This document shows, piece after piece, positions 37,480 through 53,674 of a stretch of 64,000 nucleotides of DNA. Position 1 is the first letter of the stretch. Each line of letters opens with the position of its first letter. The notes beneath the pieces are model-generated. The model was not told the origin of the DNA. It did no database searches and was given only the letters and a program-made list of their open reading frames with translations. The DNA comes from Cycas panzhihuaensis. Lineage: Eukaryota > Plantae > Cycadophyta. The position numbers and the translations under genes are program-made. The stretch covers positions 141,367,741 to 141,431,740 of the forward strand of contig CM041465.1 of the NCBI GenBank assembly GCA_023213395.1, written 5' to 3'.

Positions 37480-40400
37480 AACTCCAAAACATATTTCAAA
37501 TCAAATTTAATTAAACATAAACTTTGTAAAAATGATATAACCAATTTCAAATTTTGTGAAGTTATATGATCTTTAATGGGTAATTGGCAATGACTATTTT
37601 TCTGCAGATTTTCTCAAAGAACCATTTGATTATCTTCCATTCTTTAGATGAACTTTAGATTTCTCATATCAATGTCCTGATCTTTATTCTTCAACTTGGG
37701 TTAGCATGCGAGAGGATAGATAAAGTGATCACAGAAGAGGACAAGGAACTTATTATAGAGGTTGTGTGTATAAGCTTGCATCATGATCTTCACAAGTAAC
37801 AATTTGTAATGAAGAGTACTTAGTATAGGTTATGAAGATATATAGAGGACCTTCTTCAAATAGTGAGATGTTACATAGAGGTTCTTCAAGTAACAAAGGT
37901 TCAATAAGCAATGATCATGAAGACATAGAGGAGGTGATGGCTACACATATACAAGGGCTTCATAGTGTTAGTGGCACTCCCTCAAAAATAGGATGACTAT
38001 CATATAGGTGAGATTTAGTCTACAAGTAACAATCATAGATATGCTTCATAAAGTCACATGAATGAATGGAGCTTTAGGTAGGGTTTCACTATGATTTTGA
38101 GTGTAGATATCACAAATGTATTTTTATTGAATGGAGGAGTTACATAATACAGGGGTAGATTTCATAGCTCTCATAGTTATAGATTAGTATATAGGGCAAT
38201 TAAGTAAAGAGGGCCACCAGATAAAAAATGAGACCAAATAGAGCAAAGTGGAGAGAAACAAGCTCAAACAAAGTTAAACAATGTTTTGGTGTATATATAT
38301 AATGACTTCAAATGGTAACAAATGGAGTTTATTATTTGAATAAGTCAATAGTATCAAATGGTCTCCAAAGAACCTTAAAATGGATGACTTTTTATCATAT
38401 ACTTTTACAGGTTAGGGTTTCTATTTCAAATGCTTTCATTCACCTTGGCTTTGATACCATGTTAGAATTTATGAATTCATCCTAATAACATGATAAAGCA
38501 ATAATGGATAGAATAGTAAATGATTACTATAAATAAATAAATAATAGAATGTAATAAACATAAACAAAATAATACCAAGATCATGAATGATATCATAAGA
38601 TATCTTTATTTTTTGATTTTTTAGAATATTACATGATATACAATACAATCTTGTATACTAGTGATGTCTTTATATAGTAGAACTTGTTTTTGGTATGGGG
38701 CCTACTACTTTTATGGATTACATAGATAAATATGCATCAGCTAATTATCCCCTTATTTTTCTCTAATATGTTAATATTCTAACAAAAGGTTGTCCATATA
38801 TGTGCACCTATAATATTAGACTACCAATCACTTATCGTATAAATCAATAATCAATACTTTTAACTCTATAAAATAAGGAGGAAAGACTAAGATCAACTAC
38901 CATCATGAAGAAGTAAAATAAATAAATAAGCTAAGTGTTACCTCTTTTGGGTGTAGCAGTAAAGGAAAATTTTGAGCTCTATATTGAGGTGATCTCGATA
39001 AGACTTACTCTATATATAAGGTCTATTCAAGCATTTTATTACTTAGTATATTTTACAAAATTCATTAGGAGCATTGAAGGAATGATTTTTAAAAGTGCTA
39101 TGGAAACTATTATTATTTGGCACTAAAGGGTTATTAAACAATAGAAATAATATGAAAGATAAAGTTATGTTTATCAAATAGAAGAATTTTTGGCATTTTA
39201 TACTTTGTATATAGAAGAACATCCATGTGAGAGAATCTCATATGGGAAGACGAAATGTAGGAAAATAAAAGGGATAAGTATTGCAATTCTTAAATATTCT
39301 TTTCCCACATAGAGGTCTTTTATGCTATACATTTTTTAAGAAAATGAGTTATCATGCAAGAAACAATAACTTGGGAATAATTGACATGGGAAACCCAAAG
39401 AGCAAAATAGTTCTCATGGGTAATCCTCCTATAAGGAGGCTTAGCTTTAAAAAGCACTTCTCAAAGAAATGGGATCCATATAAGAAAAATATGATATGGA
39501 TGAGAGCATGTAGGAAAAGAAAAGTTATCGACTATTCTTATAAAGTAGGTTCCCACACCCATGCTTATTCAAAGGAAATAATTCTAAAGAATAGACTCTT
39601 ATATGGAAAGAGTGAGTATGATAAAAGATCAAGCAACTTGTAGGAAATAAAAATACATGAAAAATAAACCCATTAGGACTCATAATAGAAATAAAGGAAA
39701 TAAGCAATGCCAATAGAGAAGACCATGTGAAAATTTAAATATAGGAAGGTAACAACGAAAGAGATAACACATTCTCACATAATTATTCTCCCATATGAAG
39801 TCTCTTCTTGCAATATCTTTTTGAAGAAATGCACATGTGAAAAAGGTCAATGTAAGAAGTGATCATACAAGGTTACATTTCTAAGAGTTGAAGTTTATAA
39901 GAACCTACACCTGAGAGTAGATTCTTAAGCTAACATATAGACTACATTAATATAGATACAATCTAGGCCCTTAATTCAAAAGATAATTTAAACTACAGCC
40001 ATCGATCTCCCATTACATATCATGATTAAAATCTAATTACTCGATGTGAGGTGATGGAGCCTTAAGGATTGTGGTAACATTGAAACATCATTAATATGAT
40101 TGTATGCTTGGCCTATAAGAAATAAACACACAATTATAAAGGCTATAAGACATGAAGTGAATATTAATCTACACCCCATACCCCCACCTCATCCTCATGG
40201 CTAAAAAATGACGTTCTATGGTAACAAAGATCATATAAGGTGTACAACCTATAGGTGGAGGAATTAGGATGTTAATTTGAATTATCTAATCAAAAAATAT
40301 TTCGCTCATAAGGGATCGAGAAGATATCATGGTGGATAATCATACATGAGATTCATAAGATGTGGTATATATATAATCATAGAATGGTCATGGGATGTAC

Positions 40401-43400
40401 AAATCTTATGATATTTCAAGGTTCATTTGGGTAAATAGTCAATTATGAAAAATTAAATTAACCCAAAATGAGTTAGTATGTAATGAGAAAGTAATCCCTT
40501 ATCTAGGATTACAATATGAGAAAATAATAGAATTTGATGTAGCAAAGTCAGACATAAGTGCATAAGAGGTAAAACCTAAAGGTAAAAATCTAGTTGCAAA
40601 GGCAACCATAAGTGGAGGATGGAAAGAATCATGGAGTTACATGTTATCCATTCATCCTCTATTGACAAGTATGCAATTAGGTGGTTGAAGCAAGGTTGGT
40701 ATATGATAGTTGAATCCTGGGTCTGCACACATGTGAAAGATTATATACCCCATTAGCCAACCTCAATAAGTTCCTCAACTAATTTCAAGCATAATGGCTA
40801 TCTTAATAATAGTGCATGGCTACATCTAATATAATCATAACTATTAAGACTACTTCAAAACTAGTACCCATAAGGCCTTTATAAGTCAAAATGCCTAAAA
40901 TATTTGTACTTTATGTGTAAGTTATACCATGATCTTGAACCATAGTTGGCTTTATGAGGTGGACGCTTAACTATTTTCCTAGATTTTTGCCCCTATTTCA
41001 ACTATTATACTAGATAAGAGAGGATCTTCAATTGTTTAAATTAGATAATGACATGTTCAAATATCACACCAAATATCTGATGAACCTACAACTATTACTT
41101 TGCCTTAAGGAGAGGCCCTTATACAAAATATAATTCTTAGAGGATTATAGGGACTTCTTAGCCAAGATTTTTTTCTAATTTTTCTTGTTCTTTTATATTT
41201 ATTTTTTCTTTTCTTATAAGATTTTTATTTTGCTTAATCTCTTTCATTTAGAGGTCATTTCTTCTCTTAAGGGGAGATTTAGTTAGAGAGGTTCTAAAGA
41301 GGAAATTAAATATGGCATTTTCGTTTAGATACTATAATAATTACATATTATTAAGAGGATACAAGCTTCATTATAAAGGGCCTCAAAAGTAAAATGATGT
41401 TAAAGTTTAAGCCTCTTTTGATAAGCATGGTTTGTTATTGAAAGGTCTTGGATTTTCTGTTATTTGGATATAGTTTTTATACCAAAAGATTGTTCTAGGT
41501 AACACTTTGTTCTTAATTTAGCATGTTATTATATCAGCTCATTATATTAGAATATTAAATTTATTCAATTATTCTATTCTCAATTTGTTAAGCACTTATC
41601 TCATAAAGTTAGGGTAAGAATGATTTTATGAGATAATTATGGTTTTCATGTGTAATGTATAAAAGTATAATTACTTATGAGTTTTTCTTCAATATTCTTC
41701 ATGACATCTATATTAAGACACATCAAAGTGTATGTTTAGGCTCTTTAGCTACGTATGGTGCCTTAATTTCAAAATATTTTAGAGTTTTAATCCTATGGTT
41801 TTCTTACTTTTTACATATTACTGGCAAAGAGTGTTTCGATTAAAAAGTTGGCACTTGTAAATTCAAAATTCAAACCATTCCAAGACCATAGGTAGTCTTT
41901 GCCTATTATTCTAGCCTAAATAAAATAAAACATCGACTCTTAAGATGAAAATGGTGAGGAGATGGATGATTAAGATGTCCTACTCTAGAATATTCTCAAT
42001 AAGGTTTATTAAATTCAATTAAGGGATTTCTCTACTTGAGCATTTCTATTCTTATCATGTGTTAAGCCTTCATTGAACTCACAGACTAAAATTCCCTAAA
42101 GTCATTCTAATATTGAACACAAGGGATAGATAAATCAGAAATACTAATTAAGAAAAGTAAAAGAAGAAAGAAAAATAGAGTAAGGAGGGATACTTAACAT
42201 CATCATCTGAGCCATCACTTTCATGAGGTGTATCCTAAACTAGTAGTTTGAAGCCCCTCCATCTACTTCTCCATCCCTATCATTAATTATTATGATCATT
42301 GAAGCCTCATCATGTACCACTATGAATCCCTTAACATCACACTCATCACCCCATTCCCTCCATATTTGGCCTTGATAACTAGGGACTCATCTACATCTAA
42401 CTCCCATGAAATCCCATCTTGGGGGCTTAGAATAAATTGGACCAATGATGAAGAGACCACATTCAATGTATAAATCCTCTAGGACATAAGCCCTCTCAAA
42501 CCTCCTTAGCAAAATCTTAACATCCACTAGTTTATCAATGTTAAGTCTAAATCTAATATGATAGAACCCTCATGAGGCTGAGTAGTAGGGAAATGGTCAA
42601 GGGAACATAACTAGAGCACTAAGTAATGGGAAAATCCTCTACTTCACTCAATCTAGATTGCACCTAAGAGATAGTGCATATTCACCATGATAAAGGAATC
42701 CTAATTGAACTACTCTCCAACATTACACTAGGGCACAACATACCTCAACCATTGGGAATCATAGTATAGCTCTATATATGGGATACTATAAGCATGAGGG
42801 TTTTCATAATTAGTTTTTATACTAGTAGAATATCAACTATAATAAACCAATTTACTATTGAGATCCCCTTACACCACCAAGCCCTCCATCTAATAAAGAA
42901 AGTGATAACAACTACTTAAGGCATTGTTTTATGATCCATAGTCCTTAAAATGAGGCGAACAAGGTAGTAGAGTATAAAGAATTCCTAAAATCTAATACAT
43001 GTCCCATATAGTAATCCATAGACCTATATATTAGGGAGGGTGGGGGAGGGGGGTGTAAATACCTATCACTAATGATCCTAGTCATTAATGAGGTTAACTA
43101 GAAATATCTAGTTAAAAATATATCACCTCAACCTATAAATATAATAAAGGTCACATCTCTTTAGGGTGGCCTAGGTCTTGTCATCCATGCTATTAACGAG
43201 ATGGATTATCTTAACACCCCATGAATTCCCTATTCATAAAATGAATAACCTTATGTATATGTAAAAAATAAAGTGAGTTAGATGTTAGCAATTAGAAGGA
43301 GTAGAAAGTACTAATATAAAGCAAATATTATGCAAGAAAACAAAAGAAATCTTTAAAAAATATATCATTTCAAGAATTAAAATGGTACACAAATATTCTA

Positions 43401-44992
43401 TTTTAAAAATTAAAATAGTATATTTTGAATTATTCTAAAATTTAGAACAATATAAATATATAGTTATAAGGCAAAATGGTATGTAAAATCAAATGATATG
43501 TACTATTATGATTCTTGCATACCAAAAAAATGAGGAAATTTTAAGAAAATTTTTAAAAATTTTAAATTCTAATTAGACAAAAATTTACATAGGAGCATTT
43601 TCATTAGGTTTATAGAAAATAAAATCCCAATTAAACCTCATTTTTCCAAAATATCTAATTTTATAGAAACCTTAATACTCAAGGTTTTACCTAAAAGCTA
43701 GAAAGAAATGATAAAATTTTGATGAAAAACTATTGGACCTTGTCCCTCAGTGACCATAGTTGAGTCATGATCTCACCAAAACTTGCTATATGAAAAACCA
43801 CTTCTCTAACTTCTTGAAATCAACACCCAATTACCAACATCTCACAAACAGATAATAACCTAAATCTAATAAACTAAATCATAAAAATAAATTGGGAATT
43901 AAAGGAATATAAATTTAAAATAAATTTATTTAAGCTATTTATGGAATATAATTTGTTAAAAATCCCTCATATTTCTTATAGTTAAAATGTTACCATGTGT
44001 AGGACAAATTTTAGAACCTTGAAATGATCAAATGAACCTAGTTTAAAGTTGCTTTGAAGTGTAATAAATTTGAGTTCATTGCTTGAAATACATACTACCC
44101 ATATATGCTTTCTCTTGGTCCTATCCTATAACTTTCCCTTTTATATAGCCAAAAGTAACTATTTTAAGCATTGAGCTTGAATTTAATAATAGTTTTGGCC
44201 TATTCCTCTTTGAGTGGTTGAGTGTCCACTTGAATTAAGCCCCTTATAGCCTCAATTATGAGATGTCCCCTAAGAAATATTAATATCTATAGTTAAAAGT
44301 CATGGTTTCAACCCTGGACTCATATTGGCCAATCACAAATGCTACTCCAACCTAGTGTATATACTTTAAAGTCCTATATGAGCTTACCTGCTTGTAATTC
44401 TATGGATATTTATATTCCTACCTAAAGGTCCTTTTACCATTCATCTATCAATTTTGCCAATAATTTAGCACTCTTGACTTAACTAATATTTACTTATTTA
44501 TTTTATATAGTCCTCATTATACTAAATAATTCATGGGATACCCAACTTACCCTTTTGTCCCCTTCCATATACATTCATTTCTTTAGATTGGGCTCTTAAA
44601 AGGACCCTAAATGAGTAAACCAAATACTTCTTCTGGTTTAACCTATAAGGACTTTCTTTGGATGCTTGTTATACCTCTCCTTCATTAAAAGTATTACTAT
44701 CATTTTAAAGGACTGATGATCTATAAATTAGTAGATCATAACTATATTTTATAAAGCTAAACACATCTAAGTACACATTATTCTATGGCGAGCAACACAT
44801 AAAGACCATATCTAACCTATAACTTAAGGAAAGCATGTGGCCAAATGAATTACATCATCCCAAAATTAGGTTCAATGGCACTTAGTTCACCATAGCACTC
44901 ATCTAAACTATTATAGAAGTGACACCCTTAGATAAAAGAGAAAAAGAAAATAAAAGTAACTACATAATAAAAAAGAGAAAAATTAAGGAGGG

Positions 44993-46337
<1,345 letters not shown>

Positions 46338-47169
46338 AGACATCTTTTAGGAACTTGGAGAAAGTCACATGATAACTTCATCCTCACCTACAATATATAG
46401 TTTAGGTTTAGTCCTATGGATTGTTTAAGATCTTTAAGTCCAATTATTTAGATCCATTATGACCTCAACTAAGATCAAAACCAATTCAATATTGGAGGTT
46501 AAATAAATAAACTTTAAAATTGTAATTAAAATAAGAGAAGCCATCCATGGATCTAACTTCCTAAAAGAAGTCTTAGTCTAAGCTAAGTCCACATCTTTGA
46601 ACCCTATTTCTAATAGTAAATTTATCTACCATTCGTATATTTATTAAGTTATCTATGAGCAATCACCACATTCCTTTATAGCATTGATAATTTGTACTAA
46701 CTATCTAAGACATGGAAACTCCACATGTTCTACTACTTCTTTGATCATTAGAGATCATATTGGCTATATTATGATAAGCATTTGGCTTTTTATCTTAGTA
46801 ATGACTAACAACATATCTATATACAGTATAGTTATAGAGGTGCTTACCAACGTATTGTAAGTTTGCTTTCATCCTATTTTACCATATTTTGACTCAGAAT
46901 TAGTTTTTTATTAGCCCAAGCAAATATATCAAGTCTTTTATCCCAAAGTCCATACCCTTTCTAACACAACTAGATCCCTACTAACCTAATTTTCTTTAGT
47001 ATTTATACAACACATCTCTTGAGAGTAAGAGAACAAAGTCAATAAATTAGTTACATATATTTTTAAGAGGTCCTATAATATATCACTCATTTTTCCTATG
47101 GATTTTGAGCCCATTATAGAGTTTATGATTTTGATCCATTTTTTAGTATTCATACCTCTATAGAAATAA

Positions 47170-47452
47170 ACAACTAATGAGGTTAAATAATGATGATCAA
47201 GCCTCTAAAAATCTTATTGCTAATGAGGATAAAATTATGGTAACCCTCCCAACATGGACATCTTATTTTTTGTGGCTTCTAAGTCTATTATAGAGTCTAG
47301 GCTTCTAATCCATTCTCTAGCACTTACCTTAAAAACAAAACCACTAAAGAGATTAAACTGTTGTACCTATTCTCTAATGTTCTTACTAAAGAGATTAAAT
47401 TAAGGGTGATATTCTCCAAGCATTTATTGATGAACCTAAACTATAGTGATAG
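47170..47452 (+). repeat. Second cluster of the Tat 18-nt motif (remnant Tat 3' UTR)
   Basis: ctaatgaggttaaataatg, ctaatgaggataaaattatgg, ctaaagagattaaactgttg, ctaaagagattaaattaagg, tgatgaacctaaactatag. Confidence 0.6.
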
Positions 47453-48831
47453 CTAGCTTTCATCTTATTACAGAACTTTGACTTCTAATCCACTATCCAT
47501 TCATATTTTTTATTAAGTATGATTTAGAGTACATATTCTATAGGATAATATCACCAACATTCCCTATTTTACAACACAGGTCTAAGGAGGTTCTATAGGC
47601 AAGGGGATAAATCTTTCCCAAATTTTAGGATTCCAACATTCAATAATCATTACATAGATAACTCATACATGTGCTTGATATTATGATTTCTATTTTTATT
47701 TCATTCTCATATCAATATATAAACTAATGTTTGCCTATTATGTGGTGATGTGTACATGCATTTATAGCCTAGAATGGTAAATAACTTTAGTGGTATAATA
47801 AAAACCATACACCTAGGCTCGATTTCATGAAAATGAATCCCCATTGTATCTTAAACCCACTTTGGCATCATTTTCTCCTTTGTTTGACATTTTTTTTTAT
47901 TGCAAAAATATTTATTTCTTTGTTGTCTTGCTTATATCATTGTGAAATCCTAAAATGTTTCATTTTTCATAATGGTACATCATATATTATTATAAAGAAG
48001 GCAATGATATATGATGTACCATTTTAAAAAGTGAAAATTAACAATAATATAAAATAACTCTACAATTGTATATGGCCCTTATTTTGCAACTATACAAATA
48101 TACAAAACAACAATACATTATGTATTATTACAAAAGATACAAAAATATGTAAAGAATTGTTGTAGAAAATAAAATGATATATTTTTATACCATTCCAAAA
48201 TCATATCCATGTCAAATTTTAGAAAGTTTTGTGCTTTCAACTATGCATTTTTCCATCAAATTAACTACATTTTCTTATGGGAAGGGATATGAAGTTAATA
48301 CTCCACATTACACTTCTCCCCCCAAAACATTTGGGTGAAAACAACTTATTTTCTACCCATTGAATTATTCCAAACCATTTTCCTCCCATGAATAAAGGGA
48401 AATAAATTTAATTCTTCATCTTCTAAGTTTAATGGGATGGGTGAAAACCATTTAAATTTTACCCATACTTTTTCAGGATAATAGGCCTCCTTTCCACCCA
48501 ATAAGTTCTATAAATAGAGACCACATTTTAAATGGAATCAGAGGGAAACAAAATAATAGAGTATTGTTGAGTTTTTGATTGATTTTATGCAGTAGTTTAA
48601 AACTTGTTAAGATCAGTTTCTAAGAATCTTTAAAGTATCTTGGAGTACATATTGTACACAGAAATAACTAGAACCTTGTAACATTGAATTAGTGAACTAA
48701 CAACCAAAGGTAAATTTATGGTGAAAAATCCACTTGGGACATACAAATTTGACTATTATTTTTATTTTCTATTTTATCTCTTTTATTTGTCAACCTAGTA
48801 GTTGACTCATTCTTATTTCTCACCTTACTTT

Positions 48832-51489
48832 TATTAAGATCATATGATTTGATATTATGTATATATAATATCAAACATATCAAGACTATGCTAACTATAT
48901 ACATGACAAAATAAATAAAATATACACCAAAATATAATATAACCCTTTGGGAGAAATAATCCTCTCTAATATGTGTTATGAAAAATCAATACATATTTAT
49001 AACACATACCACCTTTTGGTCATCTAAACATTTCCCAAAACCTCCTAACCATCTTATGACTATTGCATTATGAAGTATGCATGCCATGACTCCACAACAC
49101 ATATTAAAGGGATGCATATTAATATACTAGTCTAATATTAAAAAATATTTAACATCTCCCCTTTTAATATCTAATTCCTATCATATATGTTACTTAAGAA
49201 AATATATTTTATCTCTATAAAGAATTAAACATCTATTGGTACATATGTGTAATCAATTATTTTATTCATCAGTACTCTAGAATAACCTTCACCCACATGG
49301 TTCTCCAACATTTACTTACAAAACAACTTTCACATATTGCTATCCTATTTGTTTCTAGTTTCTCCTACTTGAAGTTGGACTCTAAGGAGAAAAGTGAGCT
49401 ATAAAACCATAACCTATTCACTAAACTATAGAACAAACCTATATAAATGGTTATCTAAGCAAAAACATGTAACAAAATATCTCTTCATTTAGGAACAGGT
49501 TCCAATTTAAACGAAAAAAGTACCTTGTTAAATCATTAATATAAATTTAATGCTTAAAAACTACCATGAAAATTTTTCAAAGCATATTGTATAAGCAATT
49601 ATTATAAAGCCATGGAAGTCAACTCTCCAATGTAACTAACAAAATAGAATTCTGATATCAACATTTAAGCAAGCATAAGTACCTTAAAAATGAAAACAAG
49701 GTGAATAATAAGAATAAAGCCCTTTTGGCATTGGCCCATGGTCACTTTAAATTACCCACATGAACTGCTAAGAGAATGGTAGATTTAACATATTATAAGA
49801 ATATAATTAAATATCTAATAAATATTATAGCATTGTAAAAATTATTTTTTAGAACTGCATTGACTACCATTTGAATGTCATAGCCTATGCAATACATGCA
49901 AGCCATTTTTGATGCTATGATTATTTATAATGGAATCTAAGAATTACCAATGATTTGTGAAGTACATCTACCCTCTAAAAATCAACAATTAGCTTTAAAT
50001 GTGTATCAAAGATGCTTAACATTAAGAAATAAATCATTGTGAGGCACCCAATAGCCTTTAATCTACCCAACACTATGACACAATTTCTCACCAATTAGAT
50101 AAGTCATTGAACTTTCCAAATCAATGTATAAACATAACCTTAATGTAGGATTATATTATTGTCACAAATTAGTATACTCATACAAAAATAATAGTGATCA
50201 TTTAATAAGTAGAGAATCATAAAACAAAGTCATTTCAATGCTTTAATATTATCATTTTACTCAATGTGTTGACCACTTTCACAAACCATTCAACATGTAA
50301 ATATAGATCACCAATAGATCTATAGTCTCTTCAACAAATCTACACCATATAACTACCACTACATCCCCCTCCTCTCCTATTCTAGTTTAGAAATATAGTA
50401 CTTATCATTAGTGATTTCCTATGCAGTATCAGAAGAATAGAAACTATTAAATTAGTGTCTTATTAATAGGGATGGCCTAATGTTTAATCCCTCTTAAACT
50501 TGATTTCCTTTACACAAAATTTTTTTGTTGAGTTAATTAATATAGGCTAATATAATAATTAACAATCTTTGACACCATTAAATAACCCCAAAAAACTAAT
50601 GTATTCCTTTACTAAGCTAATTTATTTATTTTACTAAAAATATGCCATAAACCCTCACTAGTATGATATCCTAATTACATAATAGAGGGAATAACATAAG
50701 TGGTTATTCTCACTACCTCAATGACATCAACATAGTAATCAATCCTACTTTAGAAGCCTTATTCTTAGACACTCAAGAAAATCTACATGCACATTGGATA
50801 AACGTGCATATAAATAATCCAAAAAATAATTTAAATAGTGGGAAACCACCATGGGATTTGAATAACCATAACGCTTACATTTTGATAGGATTTATTTCAA
50901 TGCTCAAGTACTAAAATGCTCTAAATAGATGAACCAATATGTTTTTGGGAGACTTAGCATGTTTTAGACATATGCTTTAAGTACCCTGTAAAATTGCACT
51001 TCAATAACCTTTCCACCAACCTATAATGGACTTAACCTTATGCATAAGATAAGTTATCTCATTAGTCATAACATATATACCTAAAACAAGTTCTAAATAA
51101 TATAGATAGGTGTATACACTTATAGTCTTATAATCTCTCTATGATTAGACAATGTCTCTAATACCATGTTAAAATTATATGATTTGATATCATGGATGTA
51201 TAATACCAAATATATCAAGATTATACTATCTATATGCGTGACAAAATAAATTAAACATGTGCTAAAATATAATATAAGCATTTGGGAGAAATTATAATTT
51301 CTAATTTACATTATGAAAATTTAATAAATATTTATAACACATGCCACCTTATGGTTGTCCAACCATATGCTAGAGCCTCCTAGTCATTCTATGACTGTTA
51401 TGTTAAGAAGTGTGTATGCCAAGACCCAACAACACACATTAAATGGGGACACACTAATCTCTTAGTCCAAGATTAGACATTATCCAATA
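48832..51489 (-). mobile_element. Element H: old non-autonomous LTR element, 2.66 kb, ~320 bp LTRs
   Basis: LTRs 48832-49154 and 51167-51489; decayed Met PBS 51155-51166; PPT AAAAGGGGAGA beside the 3' LTR; flanks ACTTT/ATTTT; internal region too short for pol. Confidence 0.8.
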
Positions 51490-52252
51490 ATTTTCATTCA
51501 TTATTCACCTATTTTCATTATTTCTTTTAACCAAAAGAGAGTAATCCATGATTGGGGATGATTTGGAGTCACTTGGACTTAGTTAGGATGATGAAAAATC
51601 ATAAATTAAGCATTCAATATATTTCATGTCATATTTGATACTTAGATAGTATGCTTTCTTAGATTTTAAAAAATAGATTATTTATATGTATTACCTTATT
51701 AAGCTAACATTTTAGGTGGTTGAGTGATTAAAGGGTTTATATTATAAGTAGTGGAGGAGGAAGACATTTGAGTTTCAATTCATTTTCCTTTTTATTTCAC
51801 TTGCCTAATAAATAGGAGAACTTCTACCTAAATCATATCAGGTATGTTCCCTTACTACCTATTTCAAAGTTAGTTTTAGATGTTATTTTTGGTATTTTTG
51901 TAAGTTATGATAAACCTTTTTTGGGTATAAGTTAATTTGGTAAGAAAAATTACTACCAAGCTTTTTTGAAATTTCTTTAATACCTAATAGGTCAAATTTG
52001 AGTGTTATCTTATCTCATGTGATGAAAAAGGAGTAATTAAAAGGGTATAAATATGTAAATAAGAGGATTTTTAATTAAGTATAATTACATTCCTCCTTTA
52101 ATTAATCTTAATATATAAATTCATAAAAAGGTGGTGGGGATAGAAAAAGGAAGTTTAAGATCTTGTATCTACTTGAAAATATATTTTCTCTTCATCCTTA
52201 TTAAAATTTTTACACAAGCTTTGGCATGTTGCCTCTTAAGGGATTTTACCTT

Positions 52253-52820
52253 AGCTCTAATACCATGTTAAAATTCAATAATGACTTATGTTATTACACC
52301 AAGATGGAAGCTCTAATCAACATTGATGTATCTAATCATATTTGAAAGTATTAAGGCTCACATGATCAATCAACATTATAAAGGATAATAAGCGGTATGA
52401 AAGAGTCAAATATATAACTATAAATATAACATAATATTTAATGTAGGAAACCCTTAATGGAGAAAACCATGAGAGAATGGTAGAGGTTAGCTCTCTCTCA
52501 TTATCTAAAATATATTTTAATATGTTTATATATTTATAGATCGATCACCTTATGTATATCTAATAACATATAAGAATCTCATCAACTAATGATTTTATAT
52601 CAATATATCAACCACTTAGAACATATATGAGAATCTTTATATCGACCAATCCCAATTTATCACTAATTAAACATTACATGGACTTTTATAAAATTCAATA
52701 TTCTAAGAGGCCCTTCATCCCTTTTATTTTAGAAAGAAAAAAGAAAGAAATGATTACTACCTATGTTTCTTATATTACACATTTACATCTGTTTATTTCT
52801 TCCTTTCTTATTTAATTAAG
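52253..52820 (-). mobile_element. LTR remnant with Met PBS (52253-52265), copia-like
   Basis: agctctaatacca followed by TGTTAAAA; distal end uncertain. Confidence 0.45.
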
Positions 52821-52900
52821 TACACACACACACACACATACACACACACACACATACACACATACACACACACACACAGACACACATACACACATACAAT
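52821..52900. repeat. (CA)n microsatellite
   Basis: Direct reading. Confidence 0.95.
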
Positions 52901-52906
52901 ACAACC

Positions 52907-53607
52907 TATTGATTTAGAGTTATGCTTAATTAGAAACTGTGGGCATAAAAGGGATTTACATACATAATTATGAGTCCTCAAACTTAAAAGTGAGAGGTAA
53001 TATATTAGTTAGGTATTTTTATTACATATATGAATAGAAAATCATACTCTAACTATATTTTAATTATATGTTATTTTATCTCTAATTTTCTTAGAGATAA
53101 GATATGGCCTGACTAAAGGTGGGGTTAGTTACACAAGTTTGATTTTGTTAAACAAAGTTGCCTTAATGTTACCTTTGTATTATGTAACTTAGTATATTAT
53201 TAATTAATCATGTAGAGTTCGTTGAAATAAGAAAAACTGTTCAACGAACCTTTCTATCTCTATATAAGTTGTCTATTAGATTCTGAGAAGTTGTCCCCTG
53301 TCTAAAGGGTTGGTATCTGTAGTTAGTACAGGTAAATATTCTGTGTAATAATCATTTAAAGGAGACTGACCAAGTTTTACTTTCTTAAAGTAAATGCTGA
53401 ACATTAATAGAAGTACAAGAGAGAGGTTCAAGACCCTTGTCAAACCTGTAATGTATAATTCTATTTAATAAATATATTTATAATTCTAAGGTGGTTTTTC
53501 ATCCCTTAATGGCGTTTTCCACCTATTTATATATTATGTTGTGCTTTATTTAGTTCTTTTAATATGCTAAAACTACACAAATCTTTTCTCTAGTATGGTA
53601 TCAAAGT
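52907..53607 (+). mobile_element. Probable 5' LTR plus PBS of another copia-like element, interrupted shortly after by F
   Basis: TGGTATCAAAGT at 53596 after an LTR-like segment containing ctatataag; the left boundary is tentative. Confidence 0.45.
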
Positions 53608-53674
53608 AGGTCACTTTAAGTACTACAAAGAATTTTTTTTTTTTTTTTTAGAACTGAAGATTCATCTTATATAC

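Larger units (their letters stand above)
9189..38784 (-). mobile_element. Element A: non-autonomous gag-only copia-derived LTR element (~3.15 kb once nested B is removed)
   Basis: Diverged LTR pair 9189-9508 and 38460-38784 (TGTTAGAAT...ATTCTAACA); Met PBS 38447-38459 on minus; flanks AAAAG/AAAGG; gag reads through the B insertion site. Confidence 0.8.

Noticed and set aside
38790-41950. Further LTR or gypsy remnants (gag-like WW motif near 40330, PPT-like tract near 41270)
   Set aside because: Too decayed to define boundaries, partner LTRs or TSDs by eye.
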